A DNA stretch of 53,502 bases, counting the filler, from Circinaria calcarea (lineage: Eukaryota), in assembly GCA_051942165.1 (NCBI GenBank). It is 4 parts of 4 records of this genome, joined end to end, with 100 filler letters (N's around TTAATTAATTAA, not from the genome) between each part and the next. Parts side by side here need not be neighbours in the genome. Positions count along the whole stretch, not along the records: positions 1 to 13,308 come from JAVECS010000512.1; positions 13,409 to 26,714 come from JAVECS010000513.1; 2 more parts are not named here. One strand, 5' to 3'. This document shows, in pieces, positions 1 to 13,855 of this stretch; positions within the stretch are counted from its first letter, which is position 1; every line of letters begins with the position of its first letter. The translations under genes and the position numbers were made by a program. The notes under the pieces are model-generated. The model saw nothing but the letters and a program-made list of their open reading frames with translations. It had not been told where the DNA came from and did not search any database.

Positions 1-638
1 GCACCTTCGCGTCGATACAGCCGACGAAGAACTGGATGCTATCAACATGGCAGATGTAATTCTGATGGAAACAACTGGGAGGACACCAGGGATAGTGTTT
101 CCTTAGCTGACAATGGACGGCGCCCGGTTATTGGTTCCCTACCCTGGCGTCCAGTAAAATAGATCTCTCTCCGCTCTCCTTCTAGCCGCCACCGAAAGAG
201 TCAACTCATTCCCTGCGTTTCGACGACAAACGAACAATGAAACCGAGGGTTTTGTATTTATAGGACTCCTGTTAGCGCTAGGCTTAGGTCGCTGTCATGG
301 AGGGTACTAGCGTGAATCGTCGAGAGATTCTCCTCTCACGGCGACCTCCGATGCTACTGTGCTGTTGGCTTTCTGAATCTTGTATCTGCTTGGAACGGAA
401 GGAATCGACTAGTCTCCGTCATTGTCATCCGCTGCCGGCGCGAATAAATGCAATGATTCTGCTTAGGTGATGGTGGTAAATGAAGAGAGGTTGAACCCGC
501 AATTCTGATGGGTACGGTTTTTGTTTGGCATGTATCCCAGATACTCGATGTGTTTTCAATCTCTACCCATCTTAAACTATATACACACATCCCCTTGAGC
601 TATCTACAGATGGTATTCACGATCAACCCCACTCAATT

Positions 639-1985
639 TTACAACTGCACCGGATACTCCGTTGTCTCAATCTTCTCTGGATATACCAACCCATTCTGCC
701 GCCTCACCTCATCCATCGTCTCCATGATCACCACGCTCTCCTCCCAACCCATCCCCTCACTCTGCTTTTTCCCATCCCGCAAACACCTGGCCGCCTCATC
801 CGCTTCCCAGAACATCCCATGCCCCCCCGGAATCTCATTCACCTTCTCCTCCACCTCCCCGTCTGTGTGGATGAACCTCCATGTCGTGGGCCGGAATGCC
901 GGACCATCGACCTGAATTTCCCCCTTGGTGCCTTGAATCCGGATGGCGGGTTTGGCGGTGTTTTTGCCGTCGACGTCGGTTGCGACGCGGAAGTTTGTGA
1001 GGGCGATGCCGTGTGCCGAGTGTGCACCGTGAGGGGCGGAGGGGAAGGTAAGGAGCATGGAGGTTTTTTCGTCGACCCCGGTGGGGGCGTATTTTTCCAT
1101 TGTGGCAAGAACGGATGGAGGTTTGCGCAAAGATGCGGGTAAGGTGTGGTATAAGCATTGGAAGACCCAGGTAATGGAGTAGATGCCCACTGTAAGGATG
1201 TTAATTAACCCGATCTAGTTTACTATTCTTCGCATAACCAAGGGGAAACGGATAAAGGAGACCATCTTACAATCAAGCAGGCAACCCCCGGCGAGGTCCA
1301 TGTTCACCATCCGATGTTTTATCCCCCACTCCTTTTCGACATTCTTTGCAAAACTCAAATCGGCGATGACACGGTGGACGGCGCCAAGCTGTCCATCTTC
1401 AATCATCTGCCTAATCTGGATACTCAAAGGAAAATACCGCGTCCAGACAGCCTCCATCAAAAACAAATTTTTTGCCTTCGCTGTCTCCACCAGCTTCCTT
1501 GCTTGTGCAGCATTCACGGTGAAAGCTTTCTCGCACAGAACATTCTTGCCAGCCTCCAAACACAGCATAGTGTTCTGATAATGATGGGAGTGAGGGGTTG
1601 CAATGTAGATAATGTCAATGTTGTCATCTTTCACGAGCTCATCGTACGAGCCATATCCGGCGGCGGTGGAGGGACATTTGCAGTCTTCAAGGAACTTCCT
1701 GGCTCGGTCGACGGACGACGAGGAGGCGGCAGCAGTGACGGTGTGCTTGATGTCGGAGACTTTCCGGGTAGAGGGGTCGACCATCAAGTCTTTGGTGAAA
1801 GCTACAAAACGATGAGGACGTATTGAGGTAACGCAACTGAAGTTGCGGGATCCTCACTTTCAGCAATCCACCCGGTTGCTAAGGACGTCAGTCTTGGGTC
1901 TTCAGCGGAGTGAGGACCATCAGGGGAAATCTATATGGAGGCGAATACCTAGAATGCCCCACCGAATAGTATGAGCGGAAGCCAT
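639..1985 (-). CDS. Gfo/Idh/MocA-family NAD(P)-dependent oxidoreductase (dihydrodiol / D-xylose dehydrogenase-like), 4 exons
   Basis: Spliced product starts MASAHTIRWGILATGWIAE (Rossmann start). It contains IIYIATPHSHH, NVLCEKAF, LMEAVWTRYFP and LAGGCLLD..GIY motifs (ORFs 1215-1787 and 639-1190). GT-AG introns. Confidence 0.9.
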
Positions 1986-2533
1986 TTTGCTGGTGGAGCG
2001 CAGGAGGATCAAAATTCTCGAAGGCAAAGCTACGAGTCGAGGTAGGAGAGAGGTAAAAAGAGATCGACCTCGATTGTGGTCAAGATGCCCCAGACAATGA
2101 ATTCACCCCACGACTCTGATGGCGGGGTAGAGTGGGGGTTTGTGCATAACCTTAGTATCCCATCGTCACCGTTGATGTCACACAGGACAAGGCCAGGGTC
2201 CATGCATATGTTAGCGTAATCTCACCTTATGCAGGTACCCGATGCATGATGAACATGGAGGATACCCAATCCAAACGTGTAGTTTATGAATCTTCTCTAG
2301 GAGTAGCACAACTAGCTAACGCGTCTGCACGTCTTCATGTAAGAGGGGATACGTGTTCAAAAACACCCGTTCGAGAACGAAAGGCACTTGATGATGAAGG
2401 ACGCTACACTTTGATTGAGCCGGGAAATGCAAACAAATGCCATAGTGGACCCTGAGTAACCAGGAAATATGAAATCATGGAGAATTCCATGATGGAGCAG
2501 CGTGGAAGGAAAGGATCATGCTGTGATAACATT

Positions 2534-4949
2534 CTAAACGGCAGTCTCTCGTTTCACTTTCACTGGCGATGGGTTACCTTGAAGGGCCGCCTGTTGGTTA
2601 TGTTAACTCGACGATTCCGAACGCACGCCCAGAAGAATCGTGAACTCACCTCTGCCTTCCGTTTCCCGAGCACCGAGTCAGGCGTCAGTATTCTCAAAGG
2701 TGTATTGGCCTCGTCCTGCTTGAGTTCTGCATGGCAACTAGCATGGTAGACTCTACTGCCAATTTTCACCGCATCCGTCCAAACAAAATCCTGTGCATCA
2801 TCATTCCAGGTGATATCAAATTTTTCCTGGCATATGGGGCAGGGCAAACTCGCCAGATCATTATCACTAGGAACAGGGATAAACTTGGTTTGGGGGTCAT
2901 TCTTCGATGCAGCTGCAGCCGCTACTGCCTTGGAGTCCTGTGTCCCACTTGGAGAATCACCAGAGCCATCTTCTTCGTTCGCCCTCGACTTGATCCATTC
3001 CTAAATTTGGAACTCAGTATACTACCGAGGAAATGATACCAAACTTTATGCTTACCAGCTCATCCACATACCAACTTCGGCTTTGTCCTCGTTTAGCAGA
3101 ATCTGCGAGACGTTGATTTGTGCGAAAATGCCAGTCAAGGTGTCGGGCCTTCTTATTCCGATCTTCATCTGTGTAAAGAAATCGCTTACCGCAGGTAGAG
3201 CATTGGTTCGGTCGTGCCTCGTATAATTTTGAGATGAGATGAGGCCGTGGACTGGTAATGGTTAGTGTAGGGTTGGTGTTATTGTCATTCATTGCACTCA
3301 CATTCTCAGAGAAGCTGAGGTTAATTGAATATCGTTACGTACTTCCCTCAGAGGAGGTTTGACCAGGTCAGGTAGACGCAGTGGGAGCGGATTCACTGAT
3401 GGAGGTGGGGGGGCATACGAGAAGGGGGTAGGAGCGGAATTGACGGAGGAAGTGACCGGAGTGCTTGCCGTTGTCCGCAGCAGTCCAGCAGCGCGTAACT
3501 GGTCCATTAGCGACAAGCTTTGCGTAGTGCTGTGCAATGGTGGCGAGTCATTCGAAACCGGTGGTAATGGGGGTTGAGATTGCTGCAAAGCTGTCATTGG
3601 GTTGAACGTTTGCGGAGCTGGTTGGGGAGCAGGCATTGCCTTGCTCTTAGCAGCTGACGCCAATAGCTCCGCTAAACTAGAAGCTGAAGGCAACACAGGC
3701 GGTGCCGGCGTCTGGGGCAGTGCAGTAATAGACTGCTGCGGATATTGAAAGTGTAGGGGTGGGTTGGCACTATACGCGTTCAAGGAATAAGTGGATGCTG
3801 AGGTCACCGCTGGCGGCGGTGGTGCAGGCCTAGTGGTGGCAGATAACTGCGCTACTTGATCGCGAATGAGCTGAATTTGATTGGGAGGTAATTGCTGGCT
3901 CCGAAGTATGCTTTGCAGGTCGAGTAATGCCTTCAATCGTGTTTGCACCGCGATGTCTTGGATGTTGCTTGCGAATTCCGCTTTTGCCGTGGAAATCAAG
4001 ATTTCTATATCTCTATGCAATGAATCAACATTTACAAGAGGTGGCAGATAACCATTCGACGTGTTGGACAGCTGTGCAAGCTGCTGATATGGAGATTGGA
4101 TATCTTGCGGAGGTGCGGTCTGCAGGTGTTGTGGATAAGGAGAATGAGTCTAATAGCATTGATCAGTGTGGTGATATCGTAATATGTTCCTGATCTCCGC
4201 ACGTACCTGAGCAAAGGTTTGGCCATTAGGAACATGAGGATGCTGGATATAGCCTTGCGAAGTAGGCGGAGGATAGCGAGCCATGCCTTGTGGAGGTGTC
4301 GGCGTTGCGCGATAAGGTGTAGGTGTCGTTATTGCTGGTCCTCTGCGTCGAAGCATCTCTTGCTGGCCACGGTGTTGTTGCTGTTGTTGCTGGAGGGCTA
4401 CAGTCTTTGCCTGAATTAAGGCGCTCTCAATCCGTTTCGTAATCTCAGGTGGAAAGACGGGTCGTTTATCCAGCGATCCAGGCACCGAGGTCTTCCAGGT
4501 TTGGAGCATCTCGTCCAGCTTCTTGCGGACTGAAGGACCAACTAAGCTGTAGGCATCCATGAAAGTCGTATAGAGGTTATGACCGAGAAACAGCGTGTAC
4601 GGAGTTCCAATATTCTTGGCTAAAGAGTCAAGAACGTAAATGGCAGGGAGCTTACGATCTGGCGGTGCCTAAAAGAACAGATTAGAAGAGTTTTCAAAGG
4701 ACAGGAGAGTTGCACGATTACAATACGCAGACTGTACAATGTATTACATTGACACAAGGAGCAAACATATCTGTAACTTACCTTTCGTATATGTTCCTCT
4801 AGAGCTTTCGAGATAGCCGGGGCATACTCTGTGTATTCTTTCGCAACGACTGTCAGATTGTGGATCCCATAAATATCATTGGTGATCAAGTCTTGGAGAG
4901 CGAGCTTATAGTCCTCAGCAACCTCATCAGACGGTTGCCCGCCGGACAT
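2534..4949 (-). CDS. PCF11: mRNA 3'-end cleavage factor Pcf11 (CID domain plus two C-terminal zinc fingers), multi-exon
   Basis: N-terminal CID-like segment (EDYKLALQDL..IHNLTVVAKE..KLPAIYVLDSLAKNIG..MDAYSLV), Pro/Gln-rich middle, CSTCGKRF...HLDWHF...GQSRSWY finger and CPICQEKF...W.W.DAV..YHASC finger. The last exon and stop are inferred from splice signals. Confidence 0.9.
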
Positions 4950-5561
4950 GGCGGAATTTGTATTCGGTGGTGTTATTCAGTGATAGAAGCTTCTGTGGTG
5001 GAATAGCTAACTGTGTGCTATGAACAAACGTTGACAGACGTAAACACTGTTATGGATGCAAGACTGCCACAGCTTTTATTGAGCAAGCGAAGGTTAGAAC
5101 AAATCTTCGTGGAGAGGCTGGCACGAGTTTTGAAAGTCACTTCTAGCTAAGGTTCGAGTAACAATAGTGATCTTCAACACGCATATGCTTGTTCAACAAC
5201 GAGGGCCTGCCACTACAAAGAAAGCCTCCGGCCCGCCCCCTACAAAATAAACGCCGAAGTCTCTGTACAGATTGTCCAACAGCCTCTGGTTACAGCACGT
5301 ATCTGAAGTGGATGGTCTGAGCGAAGGACAAAGGAAGACAGCAAAGAAGATGAGGCGTGGAGGAGAGTATCGAAGGTTGTGTTAAGAAAATGTTGGGCCT
5401 TCAAGATGTTCACGTTTGGTGGAACGCCAGCTGCTAACAAACTAGCGCCGGAAGTTTGACGGGTTTAGCGCGATGGCTGAACAATACCCATAAGGTCGTC
5501 ATTCCCCATCCTTCTCTTGACCGGGCAGACGCTGTCAAGCCAAAACATAAACACGATCACA

Positions 5562-6015
5562 ATGAAGCTTCATCTACTTGCGGCGACTACTGTGCTGCTA
5601 ACTCTAGCGGGTGCAGCTGCAGTGCCGGATAAGCAGGTCATCATCACTTATCCCAAAGACACTCCCGATTCTGTATTGCAGCAAGCTAAGGATGCTATCA
5701 AAGCCGCCGTTGGTCCCCCGCTACAGATTTACAGCCGCATTGCTTACAAAATTCCAGGGAGGCATAATTACGCATGAATACGGTGAGCCATTCCTAATCT
5801 CTATCCTGCCCTTGATAAGAGCTGACCGCGTCCAGAACTTATCAAGTATGTCCTGTCCCTCGGGCTCTAATTTTGACGACGTTCTGAAGACTGCGAACAG
5901 AGGCTTTGCTGCCACGGCTTCTGCTAAAGCTCTCGATGTCGTTAATACCCTGTCGACAGACTTTATTGCGACTATCGAAGAAGACCAAATAGTAACAATC
6001 AATCAGCCATCATAA
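5562..6015 (+). CDS. Small secreted peptidase inhibitor I9 (subtilisin propeptide-like) protein, with a 10-nt microexon at 5836-5845
   Basis: Signal peptide MKLHLLAATTVLLTLAGA, then VIITYPKDTP..AKDAIKAAGGIITHEYELIKGFAATA...IEEDQIVTI, which is the typical I9 pattern. Confidence 0.8.
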
Positions 6016-6827
6016 GAACCGCAGGGTATGGCGTTACGGTACAGGCATTACTGGGAATGGTGTGGTCAACATAGTCGGTGTTGGCGGCCGCTTTTGTAGG
6101 TCTGGTGGGGTTGCCGGTATCACATTCGGGGCCGGTGTGCAAAGGTCGATGCCGCTGGAGGACAATTGTCATATGAAGTTTGCCATGTGCCTTGTTAACT
6201 CGAGAGTAAAAACCAAGGTTTCTTCTCCTAACTATAGTACGCTTAATTTCTTATAACATTTAATGATGTGAAACTCTTGCAGAAGCAGTCATATTGTCGC
6301 TCTCGGCAACGACTTCTGCATATCCGCTTCGATTATGAAGTTACTTAGTAAGCTGGGGAATGGAAGCACGATGGCTCGCTGAATAGCATGAAGCACGGTA
6401 GTCACTCATGCTCTAGCTATGCTATATCTACAGAGTAGCATGATTCACTTCTATATAGGCCGAAGGGGGCGCAAAGTGACGTCACAAATATGTGAACTGA
6501 AGGGAAAAGTCCCGAATCCAACGCCAAGGCGCATAATGCATAAATACGGATAATCAATTCAGTCTCGTGACTAGATCCCCTAGGACATTGACCGAGTCTT
6601 GGATTCTTCCTCGTAAACACACTCCAAGTGAAATCGATCATGGTCTTGGTCCATGGAGCGCAATGGCTCTCCATCTGAGCCCTGTGCTAGCGCCCGAGTG
6701 CCGAACAAGCACTTTCTCGAGCCTCCGAACACGCCATTCCCCGCGCCCTGGCTGGACATGATGCTATACACACTGGCTTCAATTGCTTACTGCCATACAC
6801 TAGCGCTACAAAACAATTTCAGTGATC

Positions 6828-9729
6828 ATGGCGGGCGGGGACCACCAGTCTGCTACGGGGGCAGCACTTTTAGAATGGGCAAGTAGGCCATAGCTTCCAT
6901 CATCCCGGATTAGACCTGACAGACGCGCTAAAGGCAGCTGTCAAAGTTTCAAGCTGACTGCCGTACTTCTAGATCAATAGCTTTCCTGTGTCCGAAGAGG
7001 TTGCAGCTTTGAGCAACCTCAATGATGGACAGAAGATTTGGGAGGTCCTACGTAAGTATTTCAAGGCGGTAATCTTGACCTGAGTGAGACATGATGACCG
7101 ACTGGAGTTGCCAGGTGATATTGACCCGGGGTATTTTGCTGGCGAGCTCCCTGAAGGCCCGAGCAGTTCAAGGAAGTGGCTGCTAAGGTGGCAGAATTGT
7201 TAGTTCTCCTCGATCGACCGACGGCAATGGCTGACCAGCCCCAGTGAAGCAGATCAGTAAAACACTAAACTCCTACGTAACGGGCGAGTGCGGTCAAACA
7301 ATATCCCAAGGACCAGGAGCGGGTGACTTGAAGCTTATAGCCATGAATGGTAACCACGCGGAGACCGTCAAGGCATGTTTGCAAGACAGAGATGCCACTC
7401 AGCTGGACGCTAACGATACAATTCAGCTCCTGAAGTTAGTTCTCATTGCTGCCCTGAATTCGGCAAAGTCAGAGGTCTATATTCAGAAGATGCCGTCATT
7501 GAGTATCTCAACCCAAGCAGCGCTGAAAAACCTGATAGAAGATGTACTAGCCCTGACGCATCTCGAGAAGAATGCAGAGACTGATATTTGGCAGCTGCAA
7601 TACAAATCGTATCCTACTTCCGATGTTGAAACTTCCCGCAGCGAAGATGTTGCCCCGTCGCCAAAACCTACCCTAGACCCCGAACTACTGTTCGAGGAGC
7701 GATTTGGTAAAGTCATGGCCGATAATGAAAATTTAATCCGAGAGAAGAAAGATATGCAAAAGGATCTTCGTGACCTTCATGACCGGCTTGTTCGGTTGCA
7801 GGAAAACAATGTATGTTTTGCCTGGAATAATCTATCCTAAGCTAACCGGCTTCAGGCGGCACTACAAGAGCGTTTGACGGTAGCAGAGGATCGCTCCCAG
7901 TTGGAAAAATCTACTCGCGGCTCTGAAGGAGGTTCATCGGTCAAAGAACTGGAATCCAGAATGTAGGGCTCACATCTTTACATAGGGGAACATACTAATA
8001 GATAAATAGACAACATCAAGAAGATTTGATCGCGAACCAGGAAGGCCAGCTATCGGATTATCAGATCCATTCTGAAGCCATGCAGAAGACGGTGAGCTTT
8101 TTCTTCATTCCCGTTCAAGCTAGAGCAACGTGCTAAGAATTCGATAGATTGACAATCTGCGCAGATCGCAGGAAAAGTCACAAATGCTACGTGATGAGAT
8201 TGACGAGCTGAGAATAGAAAGAGACAGTCTTGCAAAGACAGCTAATGCAGTAAAGAAATATAAGCAAAAGCTGCAGGCAAGTTCAAACCTCGAAAAGGAA
8301 AACCAAACAATGCGTGACGAGCTTGAAGATCTCCGTCAACAACTTAAGAATGCCGAACAGACAAGACAGCAGGTCGCCGGGCTTCAGCTAGCCGTTGACG
8401 AGTACAAGCGGATTCTGCCCAAAATCGAGCAGGACCGCCATGAGTTACAGATGATGAAGAAACAGCTCGAGTTCGATAATGTAGCGCTAGCTCAACGATG
8501 GGAGGTAGCCAATGAACAGCACGCCAAGGACCAGGAAACAATTGCAGATTTGCAGGATAGAGCTCAAATTGTTGCCTCTCCCAACTCACCTTATCTTGGT
8601 ACAAAAGGACGACTTGAAACCGAACTTGAGGATGGCAGACGGCATGAGGATCAAATGCAAGTTGCTTATATCCCATTACTGTGGATGCGGCTAACCTTGC
8701 TCACTAGAACCCTTGACTTGAAAAACCAAAACCAACAATTGGTGAAGGTATCAGGAGAAGCCAACGCAAAATGCATTATGCTTCAACAGATGGCAGATGA
8801 TTTCAAGCGAAGATATGCAGATCTGGAGAAGAAGTACTCCAACGTTTACCAAAACAACCTTGATCTTGAATCCTGTCTAGTAGCTGTGAGGAAGGGACAT
8901 CCAATTGAAAGGTCCGGGCTTCCTTTCTCGACGTTAGCTCTGTCACTCACGCTCTTCTTAGCACCGAAGTTTTCCAGAAGATGCGCGATCAGGTGAAACA
9001 CGAGCAACAGATGCGGGCAGATTGCGAAGCTAAGTTGAATAACTTTAAACGGCAGTTCGAGAAAGACACGGGAAAGCCCGTATTACAGTCCAGTTCAGCA
9101 CATTCTGACATCCAGTCCGCCCTTTCAATGATTCAAGCCGCCATGACAGGTGGGGAGGAGACAGAAGGCTTCCAAGCTAGCGTGCTACTAGAGAAGCACA
9201 TCAGCGATCTCGTAGCTACCGCCACAGAAAGTGGAGAGCGTTTGATCAAGCAAGCAGAGGTACAACGCTCATTTCTTTTCGATATAGTCGAAGATATCCC
9301 GATTTCTGTATCACCGATCTATGCTTCTAATCGAAGATGGTAATTCGTTACGCTTGCTGACTTGCGAGGGCGTAGCATGCTACGAGACAAGAGTCTGAAA
9401 TCCACGATTTACGTGATCAATTGCACAGAGCTGAAACCGGTGGTAACGCCGAGGTACCCGCTGGTGATGTATCAGACCAGGTATGTACATTACCACCACA
9501 TACCCTGGCGGATTGATGGCTAATGGCTAATGGCTCGTAGACGGCATTGCATCAAGAACTGGAACTTATTAAGCGCGAGAACAGGCTCATGGCCACAGCC
9601 TACTATGACCTGGCAAGCCGGTTGCAGATGAGCAACGTCAGCTTACAGCGGCGGAGCGAGACGAACCGGAGTTTTCTGAACAGGCATCGGCAGGAGGTAA
9701 ACAGAGCGACATCGGTAAGGTCCAGGTAA
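6828..9729 (+). CDS. Hook-family dynein cargo adaptor (HookA/Hok1-like): N-terminal Hook domain plus long coiled coil, many exons
   Basis: N-terminus ALLEW|INSF...LSNLNDG..IWEVL..IDP.YF; long heptad-rich region; C-terminal RENRLMATAYYDL...SFLNRHRQ matches the conserved Hook C-terminal motif. Confidence 0.75.
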
Positions 9730-10042
9730 AGAAAGGGGGGGGGGGGGATTTTAACGGCTAGACTTTGGTTTCACTTGGTCTAGGGGTGTCAGGGGTCGGA
9801 GAAGTGGTTAGTATTTTGGAAAAATCGTCTAAACAGGGCAAGTTTGGAATTGGTGGGACTGCCGGATTGAAAAAGCAATATACCCTAAGCTCTGCTTTTG
9901 TAACTCTAGACAGTCTATTTTACTTTATCTCGTCCAGCCACAGACAGCAATGAACGATGCGAGGTGAATTCGGGTTGTGATACGCCAGTGCTAAAGCCAC
10001 CGAGAAAGGAAAGAGTTGCAATAGAGATGCACCAAAATCTTT

Positions 10043-11390
10043 TCACACCCAATCTATCGGCTTCTTCAGGATGCCCAGCAACCTCTCCTCCCTGCTCCCC
10101 TCGTCTGGCGCATGCATGTACATCCACCTCGCCGTCAACGGCAGACTCATCAGGATGCTCTCCACCCTCGCACTCGGCGTATTCAACCCGAAACTCGTCC
10201 CGCGATCATGTACGAGGTTGAACTCCACATACCTTCCCCTCCTCAGCTGCTGCCACTCCTTTTCCCGCTCCCCATACGGCATATCCTTCCTCCTCTCGAT
10301 GATCGGCAGGTAGCTCGGCAAGAACGACTCGAGACAATCGCGCACGAATGAGAAGAGCTCCTCTTGGTCCTTCTCTTCCTCGTCGAGATCATCGAAGAAG
10401 ATGCCGCCCACGCCGCGGGATTCTTGACGGTGGGGGATATAGAAGTACTTGTCGCACCAGGCTTTGAAGCGGGGGTAATAGGCTTTGTCGTGTCTATCGC
10501 AGGCATCTTTGATGGTGCGGTGGAAGTGGATAGCGTCTTCGTCGAAAAGGTAGCTGGGCGTTAGGTCGGTGCCGCCGCCGAACCACCATGCTTTTCCTTC
10601 GCCGTTTTTGTCCATGGTTTCGAAGTAGCGGTAGTTAAGGTGCACGGTAGGGACCATAGGGTTGTGCGGATGGAGAACTATGCTGAGGCCCGAAGCAAAG
10701 AATTCTAGAGATGTTAAGTCGGGGTCCAGAGCTTTGTGGTTGACGCGCATTTTTTCGATAGCGGGGCGGGGGAGTGTGCCATAAACAATAGAGACGTTGA
10801 CGCCAGCTTTTTCGAAGACATTACCATTTTGCAATACACAGGAGATACCGTCCCCGCCAGCTGCACGGTTCCAGGTGTCAGTGCGGAACTTGGAACCGTC
10901 GAGTTCCTCGAGAGCGGACACTATCTCCCGTTGTTGGGATTTGATGAATTCCTCCATGCGCAGACGCATAGGAGAGGAGGCAGTTACGCCTGATTCCCGC
11001 TTGGAGCGGGAGTCGAGGTCTGCGATTGAGGGGGACTCGGTGAGCTCGGGGGAGACGGGGGAGGTGAGCTGGCATGTTGGTAAGTCAGTGGAGAGTTTTC
11101 GGAGCTGTGAGAATCAGGCGAACCATGGAGTAAATCAACGCTCCAACAAAAACGACGCCCACGGAGATGCGTAGCCTGGGAGCCCAGACAGTCCCGCTTT
11201 GCTTTTCTAGGGGAAATTTGATGGAGGGAGGCTTCTTAGGATCTGAAATGGACGGCTTCCGGCGACTAATCGGGCTGACTGAAGCAAACCGAAGCTGCTG
11301 ATATTGTTTCTTGCATAGGTATGACTCTAGACGTGGCTGTCGAGATAGCATACGACCTGCCCTCGGTAGGAATTGTATCGTAGTAGCCAT
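10043..11390 (-). CDS. HEM13: Oxygen-dependent coproporphyrinogen III oxidase with N-terminal presequence and hydrophobic segment
   Basis: FEKAGVNVS, HPHNPMVPTVHLNYRYFE, WWFGGGTDLTPSY, RGVGGIFFDDL, QQLRRGRYVEFNLVHDRGT and RVESILMSLP motifs. Exon 1 (ORF 11085-11390) is joined through one intron near 11078-11125. Confidence 0.95.
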
Positions 11391-12020
11391 GCGGGCTGTA
11401 CAGGCTAATTAATAGACCCGGTAGATCCGCCGAAAACGGATGCAGTATGGAGCACGATGATAGAGGAGTGTCTGGTAGGAAGAGGCGTCTTTACGGTTTG
11501 GTTCAGTCAACCAATTGATATAAGCAATCTGCGAGGTGGTAGACATTTCGGACTACGTAGAGCATAGTTGACCAACGATGTCATGAGCTGAGACCGGAAA
11601 TATGTTGTGCCGGTCCTCATAGAGTCCGGTCACATGATACATGATGCTTGCCGAGCTACTCCATAAAGCGCATGACTGTTCAGCTGCTGCAGTGATGAGT
11701 AACCTGACGACTCAAAGGTAAGGCTTTGTAGCGATACCTCTGTCGGGGTTTCATCGTGATACTTGCAGGTGACTGGGTCAAGGTACCTGAGGTACCGGAC
11801 TGATTGTGAAGCAGCCGACGTTGATTCATCATACGGAGTACACCGCCCACTTCCGCGCTAAGACACCTGACGCTTTGAGGGGTGCCTAATCGCTCATCAT
11901 CATCTTCTTTGAACCAACAACACCTCATACAACAACATCTATCAGAACCCATCACTTTCGTCACCCATCAGACCCCCGTCGACTGCACTTAAATATCATC
12001 CAAATAGTACGGCAGCAATC

Positions 12021-12591
<571 letters not shown>

Positions 12592-13308
12592 ATTGCCCTC
12601 TCCGTCTTCACGACTGCACTTCCTTTTTTGACGACAACGAGACTTTCGGGCGCTTGGGAACAGTCGGACTTTTTTGCTGGTTGCGTGGCATGCAGGACCG
12701 ATTAGGCTAAGAGATAAAGGGGGATGAGTCTTGCCAACGCTGTGTACACACCGAACTAAGTGGTGAGATATGGCGGTCAAAGTCGGGCAAAGTGGCTTTC
12801 AATGGCTTGGGGATAGAGGGAACGCTTCCACTTTTGCTAGTAATCAAGACCTTGTTCTCCCCTGATCCTAATGGATATGGTGCAACCCGTGAACAAATTT
12901 TAGTTCCGAGATAAACAGTCGGTTTGCCGTAACGTAGACTAGTTGTAGACGAATATTCCGTTGCACCAAGTGAAGCGACTATGCCCATGTACTCCATGAC
13001 TACGATCTAGTCGCGACTTGAAATCACCAAAACCATAGATCCATGAATTTTTAACAAAATCAAATTCGATTTCCCAAACTCTCATACTTGATTTCTCAAT
13101 CTGATAGCCCAACTCTTTGTCTCCCTCGCCATCAGCTATTAGACAACACACCTCCTCAATCCCTCGCCTGCTCTCCCGCCTCTTCCCTCCTACACCCTCC
13201 TTGCCCAAACCATGTCCACGACGACCCTCCCAACCTACCGCTACATAATCTCCAAGTCCGTCTTTCTCTTTTTTCTTTTCCTTTCCTTTCCCTCTCCCCC
13301 TCCCCCTC

Positions 13309-13408
13309 NNNNNNNNNNNNNNNNNNNNNNNNNNNNNNNNNNNNNNNNNNNNTTAATTAATTAANNNNNNNNNNNNNNNNNNNNNNNNNNNNNNNNNNNN
13401 NNNNNNNN
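13309..13408. other. Artificial contig linker (N44-TTAATTAATTAA-N44)
   Basis: 100-bp spacer with a six-frame-stop 12-mer at 13353-13364; identical to the other two gaps. Confidence 0.97.
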
Positions 13409-13855
13409 ACCAAATGCTTCGGCGCCGAGAGCACCCCAATCCACTGTACCAGCATCTCGAGGTGGGACGCCATCTGAAATTCTCATATCCTCTCCCCGTA
13501 GCCTTGACGAGGGCTCGAGAGGAGGGCTCTGGCTTCGGGGACGAACACACGCATCGTGGATATCCTCTTCCGTCTGCCAAGCACCTGGCAGTGGGGGCCT
13601 GAAAGCCTCAATTGGCGGTTCATCTCGAGCCACTGAGATGTTCATGGTCATACCATAGAAAACACTGTTGGCCACACCGCCCGAGAGTGGTGCACCCTTC
13701 ATACCGTGTCCTTGAAAGAATTCCGGCCGGGTATCTGGAGGAGGTGAAGGGGTGGAGTGAGGTGTATGGGTATGGTAGGGCAGGATCATGTCCGGGTTCG
13801 TCAATGCGGGCGATAGCTGGGAGGAGGTGTCGTGGGCGACTGAAAGAACCTCCAT
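13409..13855 (-). CDS. 5' fragment of an uncharacterised fungal protein, truncated by the contig end
   Basis: ATG-initiated ORF open into the gap; low-complexity Pro/Ser-rich sequence with a SPALTNPDMILP motif. Confidence 0.5.

Noticed and set aside
13212..13308. Possible first exon (MSTTTLPTYRYIIS) and intron start before the gap
   Set aside because: Too short and truncated by the contig end to support a call.
13353..13364. TTAATTAATTAA palindrome recurring three times at ~13.4-kb spacing
   Set aside because: It is embedded in N runs and is a synthetic six-frame-stop linker, not biology.
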